This document shows positions 25,201-33,800 of a stretch of DNA of 51,828 nucleotides, piece after piece. The position numbers were made by a program, and so were the translations under genes. The notes under the pieces were generated by a model, which was given only the letters and a program-made list of their open reading frames with translations, ran no database searches and was not told the DNA's origin. Location: contig JANLPS010000012.1 in NCBI GenBank assembly GCA_031367385.1, positions 1 through 51,828 on the forward strand, written 5' to 3'. Position 1 is the stretch's first letter. The number at the start of each line of letters is the position of its first letter. Origin of the DNA: Archangium sp. (GTDB lineage Bacteria; Myxococcota; Myxococcia; Myxococcales; Myxococcaceae).

Positions 25201-27548
25201 GCAGCCAGCGCCGCCACCGTCGGGGCAGGTTTCGCCACGCTCCCCAAGGTGAAGAACGTCACTCGGCTGCCCGAGGGGCAGCTCACCTTTTGCGCATTCG
25301 CGGTGCCATCGTCTTGCGAGCCGCCATTGAAGAGGCCGGTGTCTTCACACAGAAAGTGCACCTTCGCCGGGTCGGCAGGGCCAATCGGAGTCGGCGCCCC
25401 AGTCGCTTGCCGCATGCCCGAGACGAGCGTGTCGGCCAACGCGTTGACGGCGTCGGTCGCGGTCGGCATCGTCGTTGAGCCGGTCGCTTTCTTCAGCACG
25501 TCGGCGCTGCACGAAACCCCGAGCACGTTCGTCGGAGGCGTGCGCGCATCGGCCGAGCTGCCAGCCGTGTACGAGCTCACGTCGAGGTCGGCGACCTGAC
25601 GCTTCATCTTGATGATGCCGTACGACGAGAAGCCCGAGTCGGTCGACCCCAAGAAGGAGGGGAAGCTCTCTTTGAACAGAATGATCAGGTCTTCGCCGTT
25701 GATCAACGCGCCGTCGATGAGCTCGACCTTTCGAACGCGGGTGCGCGCATCGGGTATCGGGTTGCCCGCGGCAGAGCTGTTGTTGAGCGCGACGCCGTTG
25801 GCCGCTTTCGGCAACAGGTCGTCGCGGCACTCGTAGCGGTAGCGCAAACCCGTCTTGGCATCGACATCGGTGCCGAAGCCGAAACCAGGTACCAACCACG
25901 GCGTGCGATTGAGCGTGAACGTGCGCATGTTCTGCGCGTCTTTCGGGGCCTTCGCGCACGCAGTATCGGCAGCGGTCGTCGTGTAGCGCCCGCCCACCAG
26001 CACCGTCGACGCGAAGCTCGAGACGCCGCACAGAACGCCATTGGCTTTCGCCACGCAGGTCGTCGGGTCTGAATCGAAGGCGAGCGACACCGCCGGGTCT
26101 CCGGGAAAGTGGAGCGACTCGGCGGTGACGATTTTGCCGATGAGCGATTTTGCCGCGTCGGCAGGGTCGGCCTTCAGGTTCATCGCCAGAGGAAAATCGG
26201 TGGCGCCAGTGGGTATCGGGTATTGGGTAATCGAGTTCGAATACAGCGAGTACCCCTGCGCATTCGAGTACGGGTAGCACGCCGTGTTGTCACCACCGGC
26301 GCAGAGCGCGCGCACCGAGCCCCACTTCCACGAGCCGAGCTGCGTCGAGCTGATCACCGCGAAGAGCTCGTCGACGCTCAAGTCACCTTTGCGAAAGGTC
26401 GCCCAGCGCTGAATGAAGGCGTTGCCCACGTTGTTCAGCAACGCCGAATTGCCGCGGTCATGCGCCCACGCATCGAGCCCCGAGTCGGGGAAGTTGGCGA
26501 AGTAGGTCATCGTGCCGTGCCACTGGCCTTCGGGTCGCTCGAGGTACGTCAAGTCGACGCGGCGCGCGCCGAGCTGCGGGTTGCTGATTTCAATGACCCC
26601 CTCCCACCGGGGCAGGGTGCTGTTCGCGGCGTTCGCCAGCGTGAGCGTGACGGCGCCTCCGTTGCCATCGACTCCGAAGGTGAGCGTCTGCGCTTGCTTC
26701 GGCGCATCAGTGCCTTGGCCCATCGTCACCCACGCCAATGCGTTGGTCGTCACCTTGCTCGCAACGCCCGACGGGTACTCGGTGTGCTCGAGCTTCTTCA
26801 CCGTGAACTGCATCGACTGGGTCGCGTTGTTGGTGATGGTGATGGTCGACGAGAGCTTCACGTTGGTGAAGCGCGCCTCACGCGTGCCGACCTCGAAGTC
26901 ACCCGCGGTGCGGCGCGCAGGCTCAGTGGCTTTGTTGGTGCCACCCACGTCGAGGCAGAACCCGTTGTCACCATCGACACTCACGCACGAGCGGCCCAAC
27001 TTGCAGCTCGACGCCGTCGTCACGCAGCGGGGCTGGCAGACCCGGCGATAGCACCCATTGCCCGACCCGCAGTCGGCACTCGTCTCGCAGTTCGAATAGC
27101 AGTTGCCGCCGGTGCAGGCCTGAAAGTCGGGGCACTCGAGGTTGGTTTTGCAGGCGCGCGGTTGTGCACCGCTCGCGACGCAGCTGCCTGAAACGCAGGT
27201 GGTGCCCTTCAAGCACCCTTCGAGCAACCCATCGACCGAGCACTGCGCGATGGTGCCGTCTTCGTGAACCAAATCGCTGCTGCACGGCGAGTAACAAATC
27301 GGGTGCGCAGGAGGGCAGCCGGGCGAGCCGAGCGTGCACACTTCACAGGTGTTGCTCGTGGAGCAGACCGCGCCCTGGTTGCCGCCGGGTTGAGTGCAGC
27401 TGCCATCATCACGGCACGCACAGGCCGCCTCGCCCGCGGTGCAGCTCGAACCGCCGTCGTTTTGACTCTTCGACGGGCCCGGGCACGCGATGAGAATGCA
27501 CACAACGGCCGTGATGGGAGCGCCCCAGAGTCTCTTCAGAGATGTCAT
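22263..27548 (-). CDS. Giant (~1761 aa) Cys-rich lipoprotein with coiled coil, hydrophobic hairpin and Tc-toxin TcA-like C-terminal domain
   Basis: Long ORF; lipobox LIAC after a start at 27548; C-terminus RPLVNTQWELVL...LSDIRLFMTYT; the product call is inference. Confidence 0.7.
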   Translation of the reverse strand: MTSLKRLWGAPITAVVCILIACPGPSKSQNDGGSSCTAGEAACACRDDGSCTQPGGNQGAVCSTSNTCEVCTLGSPGCPPAHPICYSPCSSDLVHEDGTIAQCSVDGLLEGCLKGTTCVSGSCVASGAQPRACKTNLECPDFQACTGGNCYSNCETSADCGSGNGCYRRVCQPRCVTTASSCKLGRSCVSVDGDNGFCLDVGGTNKATEPARRTAGDFEVGTREARFTNVKLSSTITITNNATQSMQFTVKKLEHTEYPSGVASKVTTNALAWVTMGQGTDAPKQAQTLTFGVDGNGGAVTLTLANAANSTLPRWEGVIEISNPQLGARRVDLTYLERPEGQWHGTMTYFANFPDSGLDAWAHDRGNSALLNNVGNAFIQRWATFRKGDLSVDELFAVISSTQLGSWKWGSVRALCAGGDNTACYPYSNAQGYSLYSNSITQYPIPTGATDFPLAMNLKADPADAAKSLIGKIVTAESLHFPGDPAVSLAFDSDPTTCVAKANGVLCGVSSFASTVLVGGRYTTTAADTACAKAPKDAQNMRTFTLNRTPWLVPGFGFGTDVDAKTGLRYRYECRDDLLPKAANGVALNNSSAAGNPIPDARTRVRKVELIDGALINGEDLIILFKESFPSFLGSTDSGFSSYGIIKMKRQVADLDVSSYTAGSSADARTPPTNVLGVSCSADVLKKATGSTTMPTATDAVNALADTLVSGMRQATGAPTPIGPADPAKVHFLCEDTGLFNGGSQDDGTANAQKVSCPSGSRVTFFTLGSVAKPAPTVAALAAQPCQTAFRAGPNNTVAARGTCQATLNGWVTNGTYDIVLNPVWRCTNTSQAYCSLNRGDLRADKLFFAAAETKAAFLPLRTEVENAFRYKTRFRNRQGTTVGFAPQICPANSDAVPYCYDPTSIEGAQQRVDCAVSLYTTQFATLTVSTRASLRAYLLGNFSYESEIDPTLPLPVIHDGYERLNAELLIMMGDESYTRAFSSRFDLAGSALVSFEGSLFEPNGINLSGGAGYEMYSLYQSTQYYQQALDRFYALSPRLWASIDMMGTTDGFITKETVVSYFDRLIRASAQKTRAWSEVARRYQTFNRPDLARLVVARNYTSAYLESIVLSRMMLKLGGIVQPEDRPQIVERVENAQLVYSSALLAMRESYQQISDEPTLFGFQPDYVPFPALDEGDGNAFDKTLKSAKSLLTVAAQKEDLALNSNRAFETDSAAFQSELVSVRNNYENQLASICGTFAGTDGRVYPAIPKYAYLNERAKVIGDPCGLAGNGQINDALLEVDKVVADFQMLKVRQQNLESEIAIEKKRLSDQCDLVMEQADYEYDVGIKKVGLNAGILAAEKSMEFANRVADRVANMAQIKKCIAIVGTAGGTDCPGALLGVAEYASAITTATITTGIAVVAIGSLKATLGTIEVETGKWKTERACDYATVESNAKTMTLALGFRTLELDAYSTELDMAQRLAAVTALRNEATRTMAEQSESEQLAINVEVARNDPNVRIYKNDAILTADRTFRAAVAEAYRATKVFEYYTSQSYAHLNDLFLVRLASRGDISLEAYLARLEHDFRDFEETYGNPDERVLVISLRDDVLKVPRYDSKNVPLTATQRLELFRTALTNPKNLDERGYITLPFATGVDALSPLTRNHKVLKIQAEIIGSDVGDAIGRVYLAQKGTGSVRNVSSGEKGYYTFPTRVAVINPYFNGERVLSESVYTNSRLRDRPLVNTQWELVLNQKDEQANKDIDLASLSDIRLFMTYTDFTSL

Positions 27549-27767
27549 GAATGGCGGCAACTTACAGGAAGGCAAGAACCCGGCAACGGCGCTTTTTGTT
27601 CGCATGAATCCTACGCAGAAGACCCACATGCCTCTGGCCCAGAGTGCCTTCGGCCGAGCTCGACGCCCAGAAGGCGAAGCTCCTCAAAGAGCTCTCCAGG
27701 GCTTGAGGCACCGGGCCTGGAGTGCAGCTGGTGTGGTACCTTCGGCGCCGTGAGGCAGCCCAAAGCG

Positions 27768-27962
27768 ATGGCCCGCAAGACAACGCTCAGCGACGACAGC
27801 GACGATAGCGTCGACTTCGAGGTCAACTACTGGCTTCAGTTCACGCCACAACAGCGGCTCGAGGCAATCTGGCAAGCGACGCTCGACTGGGCGGCGATGA
27901 AGGGGCTCGATGAAACTCAACTCAGACTTCAGAGATCTGTTGTTGGCCTTAAACGGGGCTGA
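27768..27962 (+). CDS. Small 64-aa protein, putative antitoxin-like partner of the downstream nucleotidyltransferase
   Basis: MARKTT...YWLQFTPQQRLEAIW...RLQRSV; GAGG RBS; overlaps the next gene. Confidence 0.7.
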   Translation: MARKTTLSDDSDDSVDFEVNYWLQFTPQQRLEAIWQATLDWAAMKGLDETQLRLQRSVVGLKRG

Positions 27963-28383
27963 GGCCCGATACCTGCTCGTTGGTGGCTACGCCGTGGGTT
28001 TTTACGCAGAGCCCCGCTTCACGAAAGACCTCGACGTCTGGGTCTCGAGCAGCGGTGAAAACCCAGAAAGGGTTCATGCCGCCCTCAAACACTTTGGAGC
28101 GCCCCTCGCCGACCTCACCGTTGACGACCTCGCGACGGAGGGCATGGTCTTTCAAATTGGCATGCCCCCAAACCGGATTGATGTGCTCAACCAACTCAGC
28201 GGCGGCATCGACTTCGAGCTGGCGTGGGCCAACAAAACGACGGTCGACTTTGGCGGCGTACCGGCTTCGTTTATTGGTATCGACGAGCTGATCGCCAACA
28301 AGAAGGCTGCCGCTCGGCCTCAAGACCTGCGCGACGTTCGAACACTCGAGCGGGCCAAACTCGCTCGGGCGAAGCAGCCCTGA
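27910..28383 (+). CDS. Minimal nucleotidyltransferase (DUF6036-like)
   Basis: VGGYAV..Y..PRFTKDLDVW, RIDVL and NKKAA.RPQDLRD motifs. Confidence 0.85.
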   Translation: MKLNSDFRDLLLALNGAEARYLLVGGYAVGFYAEPRFTKDLDVWVSSSGENPERVHAALKHFGAPLADLTVDDLATEGMVFQIGMPPNRIDVLNQLSGGIDFELAWANKTTVDFGGVPASFIGIDELIANKKAAARPQDLRDVRTLERAKLARAKQP

Positions 28384-28654
28384 ATACAGCTGACGGTCTT
28401 CAACGCGGCCGATGGCCACGCTGGAGTCACGCGGTTCGAAGTGGCCGGCATCGACTGCCAGCCCCCCCCATCGACGAGGGAGCCTGCGTCGCCGACCGGT
28501 GCCACCGCGTCGAGTTGGCCCACGCCGCCATCAACGCAAAACCCGCCCTCACGCACCCAGCTCGGAGCTTGCTCCGTACTGGCGCCGCGCAAATGGCGAC
28601 CGCCCTTTTTCGCCAAGCAGCGGGTCTGTCAATCGTGTCACAGGCCCGAGCTCA

Positions 28655-30865
28655 TCAGTTTCTTCGCCTCGACTCGACGCTGTCGCGAGGCTCGAAGGCC
28701 TGCCGAACCAGCTCGTCTTGATGAAGCCCACTCTTCTTCGCCAGTTCGACATCGAGGCCGAGCCCATGGCCCCTCCCGACGCCGTCGAAGGCGACCACCC
28801 CACCCTGCTGCACGGCGCTCCGAGGGCAGCTCGGCAGTTTCAATGGCCCCCGCAGCCGCTCGCAGGGCACGTCATCAACTTGCTCGAATGGAGCACCGTC
28901 GACCATCACGGTGCGAGTCACCTTCAAAGTCGCGCCCTCGGCGACGAGGCTCGACCAGGCAAAACCAAGCGCGCGCTGAACCTGGTCGGCCGGTCGCGTT
29001 TCTTTCCACGGCTCCGAGCCGCCTCGTGAAAACGGCAACCACCCAGCCGTCTGAATCGGTTCATGCGAGAGCGCCAGCACATCGCCCGCGCCCGCCGCGA
29101 CGCTGCCCTTGAACGCCTGGCAATGCGTCGTGTCGCAAACCGGGCGCGAGCCATGGCGCTCACGCGTATCAACGTTGTGCGAAATCACCCGAGCCAACGC
29201 CGCCCGGGCCTCACCGGCAATCGCCGAGTCCTCCGCTGCCAGCACGCCCGAGACATACGAGAGCCGTGTGGTTCGAAACACCACCTCACTGCCCTGTCGC
29301 GCGCGCCGTTGCCCCTCGGTGACGCCAGGCGATGGCACGTACGGAGCGGGCGCATCACGTCGAAACACCCCCGCGTACGGCCGAGCTGCGGTACCGGCCA
29401 GGCGCACCTCGAACGGGGCTCCGAGGCAGACCGCGTGCGACGCCTTGAAAGCTGCGAAGTCGCTCGACATCGCCGTCGGCGCACCGTCTTGCAGCGAAAA
29501 CCCCGCGCGCGCACACCTCAGCGAGACCGCGCTCGCGTCGAGCAGCCCGAAGACCTGCACTTCAACCGCATCTCGCCCCGCCACTGCCCGGGCCCGGCCC
29601 AGCTCGTCGATGAACGCGGCGGCGAACTCGCGAGGCGCGTGCTCGGGCTGCACCTGCACCATCACGAGGTCGTCAGTCACCCCGACCAGCCAGCCGACCA
29701 TCACCCGCACCGCTCCGTCGCGTACGGTGCCGGTCTTCGTCGCCACGCTCTGAAATTTCTGCGATTCGGGCAGGCCCGCCAACGTGCCCTCGCGCCAATT
29801 GCGCTTCATCACCTCGAGCACATCGGGCCGCGCCTCAGCCAGCAACCGATACGCCGCGGCCAGCGCCAACGGAGAGAGTGACAGCGTCGTACGCACCCCA
29901 ATCGCCTCGCTCATGTCAGAGGGCAACCGCTCGAGCCCCAACGCCCGAAGCACTGGGCCCCACGCGCCAAATCGTTCGACACCGGGCGAGGCCTGGGCCC
30001 AATCGAGAAAGTACCCGTTGCACGAGCGCAGCACTGCTTGGCTGCCTGACATCGGAGCGGCCAAACCGTCTCCGCACGCCCACTGCGCGTCTTTGACCCG
30101 AGGAGGTAGCTCAGGCGCCCTCACCGCCCCCGCGAGCACGAACGGTTTGAGCGTCGACCCGAAGGGGCGCGGCGTCTCGATGTCACCGCGCGACCAGAGC
30201 ACCTCACCCGAGTGCCGGCTCATCACCAGCACCCCGGGAGCCCCACCCCCCGGCAGTTGCGCGAGCGTCTCGAGGGTCAACGTCGGCCAGGCCAAGTGGC
30301 CATCACACGCGATCAAGCGAGGCCGCAGCACGGTGGGCAAAGCGCCATCACGAGGCGTGGTCTCGGCCAGCAACCGGGCCAACGCCCGCCGTGCGTTCAC
30401 GGTGTCGAGCGACTTGGTGGCCGCGAGCGCCTTCGCCGACTCCGACATCGACTGGTAGTCACCGTCACGCCAGCTCGCCGCTTCGCCCGAAGTGGCCAAC
30501 GCGAACGCCTCGTGAAACAGCGCATCGCCCGTCGCCGCGGCGCAGGTCAGCAGTAAAAACTGATGCGCGAGCTCATGCCGCAACGCGACCTTCTCAGCTG
30601 GGCTCACCACGCCCGCATTCGCCTGCCGCAGCGAAATCACGCCCGCTCGGCTCGCTCCGGCACGGCCAGGGCCCAGGTGCGCGCGCTCAATCAGCACCTT
30701 CAGGCGCGGAGCGCTTGGCGCATGCCCCACTGCCTCGGTGAAGGTGCGCTCGAGCGACGCCCAGCTGTCGTTCACCACGTCGCGAACCTCTTGCGCCGGC
30801 TCGAGGCCGCTCGTCTGCAGCGTTACCGACGACAGCACCATCGCCGTCAGCGCGGCCGAGATCAT
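28655..30865 (-). CDS. YfaQ-like multidomain protein: HExxH domain + PBP/beta-lactamase-like domain + SpoIID/LytB-like domain
   Basis: HELAH; GSTLKPF, SCN and KTGT; YVSGVLAAE, CDTTHCQAF and GRGHGLGL; ATGA coupling to the A2M gene. Confidence 0.75.
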   Translation of the reverse strand: MISAALTAMVLSSVTLQTSGLEPAQEVRDVVNDSWASLERTFTEAVGHAPSAPRLKVLIERAHLGPGRAGASRAGVISLRQANAGVVSPAEKVALRHELAHQFLLLTCAAATGDALFHEAFALATSGEAASWRDGDYQSMSESAKALAATKSLDTVNARRALARLLAETTPRDGALPTVLRPRLIACDGHLAWPTLTLETLAQLPGGGAPGVLVMSRHSGEVLWSRGDIETPRPFGSTLKPFVLAGAVRAPELPPRVKDAQWACGDGLAAPMSGSQAVLRSCNGYFLDWAQASPGVERFGAWGPVLRALGLERLPSDMSEAIGVRTTLSLSPLALAAAYRLLAEARPDVLEVMKRNWREGTLAGLPESQKFQSVATKTGTVRDGAVRVMVGWLVGVTDDLVMVQVQPEHAPREFAAAFIDELGRARAVAGRDAVEVQVFGLLDASAVSLRCARAGFSLQDGAPTAMSSDFAAFKASHAVCLGAPFEVRLAGTAARPYAGVFRRDAPAPYVPSPGVTEGQRRARQGSEVVFRTTRLSYVSGVLAAEDSAIAGEARAALARVISHNVDTRERHGSRPVCDTTHCQAFKGSVAAGAGDVLALSHEPIQTAGWLPFSRGGSEPWKETRPADQVQRALGFAWSSLVAEGATLKVTRTVMVDGAPFEQVDDVPCERLRGPLKLPSCPRSAVQQGGVVAFDGVGRGHGLGLDVELAKKSGLHQDELVRQAFEPRDSVESRRRN

Positions 30866-33800
30866 TTCGAGATCGACAGCGACGCCGACTCGGTGCGCGC
30901 GTTCACTTCAGACGCGTACATGTCTTCAATCGTCGCGGGAGGCGCCTTGAACGTGCCCGGAAATTGCGCCCGAACCACGTACCCGATGGTGCGCGCGCTG
31001 GCCGACCAGAAGGCCTTTTCTTCGAAGTACCAGGTCATGCGCTCGGGTGAGAACGCGCGGCGTCGAAGCGACTCGTGAGTCAACGGCAAGCGCATCGGAG
31101 CCCCTCGGTAGGCCTTGTCTTCTTGCAGCACCGTGAACCCCGCGGGAATCGGGTCTTCGACGACGTAATAGGCCGAGCGAACATCGCGCCACTTCTGCTC
31201 ATCGCGCGCATCGAAGGTGAGCTCGACGTACAGGTCGTCGCCCTGCTTGAGGCTCTCGCCCGGCAGCAGCAGCGCCTTCTCGTTCTTTCGAATCGCGTAG
31301 TACGTGCGGGTCAACGTCATGCCGTTGCTGCGCGCCTGCGCCCGGTCGAGCGGCGTGCGCACCGTCGCCTTCCATACCGCGACACCCTCGAACGGAGCGA
31401 CCTTCAGGCTCGACGCGCCCTCATCGACCTTGGAGCTGAAGCCGAAGCCCGTGCGAGCCAGCGTCACGCCGCCGCCCTCGACCTTCGGCGCCTCGACCTT
31501 CTTGAGCGCCTTCAAGTCGTGCTCGATCAACCACTGGCTGTGCAGCAACGCCGTGCCGCGATCGAACGTCGACAGATTCGAATTCGACAGCAACTGCAAC
31601 AACTTCGAGCGCAAAGGCGCGAGGTCTTCTTCTTTGTGCGTCGCCGCGTGCGCGAGAATCGCGGTGAACCCGACGTTGCGAAGCGGGTAGCGAAAGAACG
31701 CCTCGGTGTGTGGGTGAAACGCCGCGTTGGCGACGAACCGGCTGTGCGCCGTGCCCGCGAGCTTCGCGACCTGGTCTTTGAACTCGGGCTCCGCCGCGAC
31801 CTGGGCGTACTCGGCCGCGAGCACCGTCAACGCGAGTGCGTGCAAGTCGGCCTCGAGCAAGCCGCTCAACTGCGCGCGAACGCGGGCCGCCTGCTTCGGG
31901 CCCTGCAGCCGCGCCAGCACGTACGTTCGAGTCGACTCGAGCTCATCAGGCACGTCTTTTCGCCCATCGAGCCAATTCGCCGACTCGGTGAGCCGCGCAT
32001 CGTTCTTGTCGAGCAACCCGGCCTCGACCGCGTAGCCCAGCCCATCGAGCGCGATCATCGTCATCTCGAGTGAGGGCGTGGCGTACCCCGAGAACCAGAC
32101 GAACCCACCGCCCTTGACCTCGAGGTCGAGAATGCGTGCTATGCCATTGACCGCCCGGCTGCGGGCTTCGACCAGCAACTGCTGATTGTCTTTGTCGAGG
32201 GTCTCGAGCGCGTTGAGCCGGCCCAACGTACGGTACAGCGCCACGTTGGGTATGGTGGTCGACACCAGCTGCTCGATGCACCCATGCGGGTACACCAGCA
32301 GGTCGCGCGCGTTGGTCAGCGCCACATCGACCATCGTCGGCGCCAATCGCAGCTGGGCCGAGATGACTTCACTGCCGAGCGGTATCGCGAGCGACATCGA
32401 GCCGCCTCCGAGCTGCGAGACGCTGATCACCTCGTCGATGCCGGTGGGCTCGATGGTGACTCGCTTCATGTCAGAGATGGGCTCGCCGATGCCCTTCGCG
32501 TGCACGGTGAGCTGCACCTCGCCGGTCTTCGCCGCGACCAGCTCGAGCGGCACCACCGCTTCACTGCCTTTGCCCAGCGCGATCGCCTTGCTCACAGCGC
32601 CCGTCGCGACCCCGGTCAGTGCCGCGTCGAGCTGCACGGTGCCCTCCCCCGGCCCCGCCATGCCCGGAGTCACCCGGATGCTGCCCGTCGCGGTGTCACC
32701 TTGGCGCATGAACTGCGGCAGGTTCGCTGAGACGACCAGGGCTCCGCGGGTCGCGAATTCACTGGTGGTTTCGCCGAAGCGCCCCGAGGCATCGACGGCC
32801 ACGGCGGTCGCCGTCCACACCGTTTGCATCGAGTTGAGCTTGAACCGCACCGAGGCCCGGCCGTCACGATCCGTTCTCACCGCAGGGTTCCAATACACGG
32901 TGTCGTCTTCTTTTTGCCGCTTGGTCGGAGGCTTGACCGCCGCGAACGCGTGCTTCGGCATGCGGGCGAGCTTCATCGCCAGGCGATCTCCGTACCCGTA
33001 CCCTTGAAAGTCGCTCGACGAGAAGGTCGACACGTCGTCGCGGCCCTGCGGGTAGAAGAAGTCGATGATGCCGGGGCGAAGCTCGCTCTGCAGCGCGTAC
33101 ACGGCCTTGTCGACCACGCCGACCGAGACCTCGGCCTGCACCGGCTGGTTGTTCGAATCGGTCACCGTCAACGACAGGGTCTGAAAGGTCAGCGGCGCTG
33201 CTTCGACCCGCTCTGCCGTCAACCGCACCGTCAGCGCCCGCTCTCGAGGCACGACGCGAAAGGTGGCGATGCGCTCTTCCCACCGACCGGTGCTGGTCGG
33301 GTACGCGACCGAGGCGTACACCGCGCTGCCGAACCGCTTCTCGATGGGAAATCGGTAGACCAACGTCTGACCTTTCACCGAGACCCGCTCGGTCTTGAAG
33401 ATCGACGACCCAGTCAAGGTCACCCACACCGAGCCCGTCGTGCCCTCCTTCGACGCCCACGCCGCGGGGAGCAAGGCGACGAGCTCAGCAGTATCGCCCG
33501 TCTCGAGCACGCCGCCGAGCGCTTCGAGCGCCAACGCAGGCACCTGCATCACCACGTCTTGCGTGTCACCGAGCACCAGCGACGTCGCCGAATCCGCCCA
33601 TGAGTGGCCCTTCTTGTCTGCGAGCGTGACCGCGGCCTCGGCGACTCCGGGTTTGTCGGCCTTCACCTCGAGCCTCGCCACGCCGTCATCACCGGTCGAG
33701 AAGTCTTGTGGAGCCCCGACGTCGACCGATTTTCCATCGGCGCCTCGCAGGCGGTACTGCACGTGGCCAGTGGTGACACCGTAGGGCTTGCCCGACAACG

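Noticed and set aside
19002..27548. Prophage or contractile injection system, suggested by the fibre-like gene
   Set aside because: No capsid, sheath, tube, baseplate, VgrG or integrase genes, and all three proteins carry export signals
27264..27767. N-terminal 168 codons of ORF 27264..27962
   Set aside because: Overlaps the giant gene antisense; only the last 64 codons have an RBS and protein-like sequence
28320..28655. 98-aa minus-strand ORF with DGG/DAG motifs after the A2M operon
   Set aside because: TTG start, in-frame stops just upstream and overlap with the NTase 3' end; may be a gene remnant but cannot be supported
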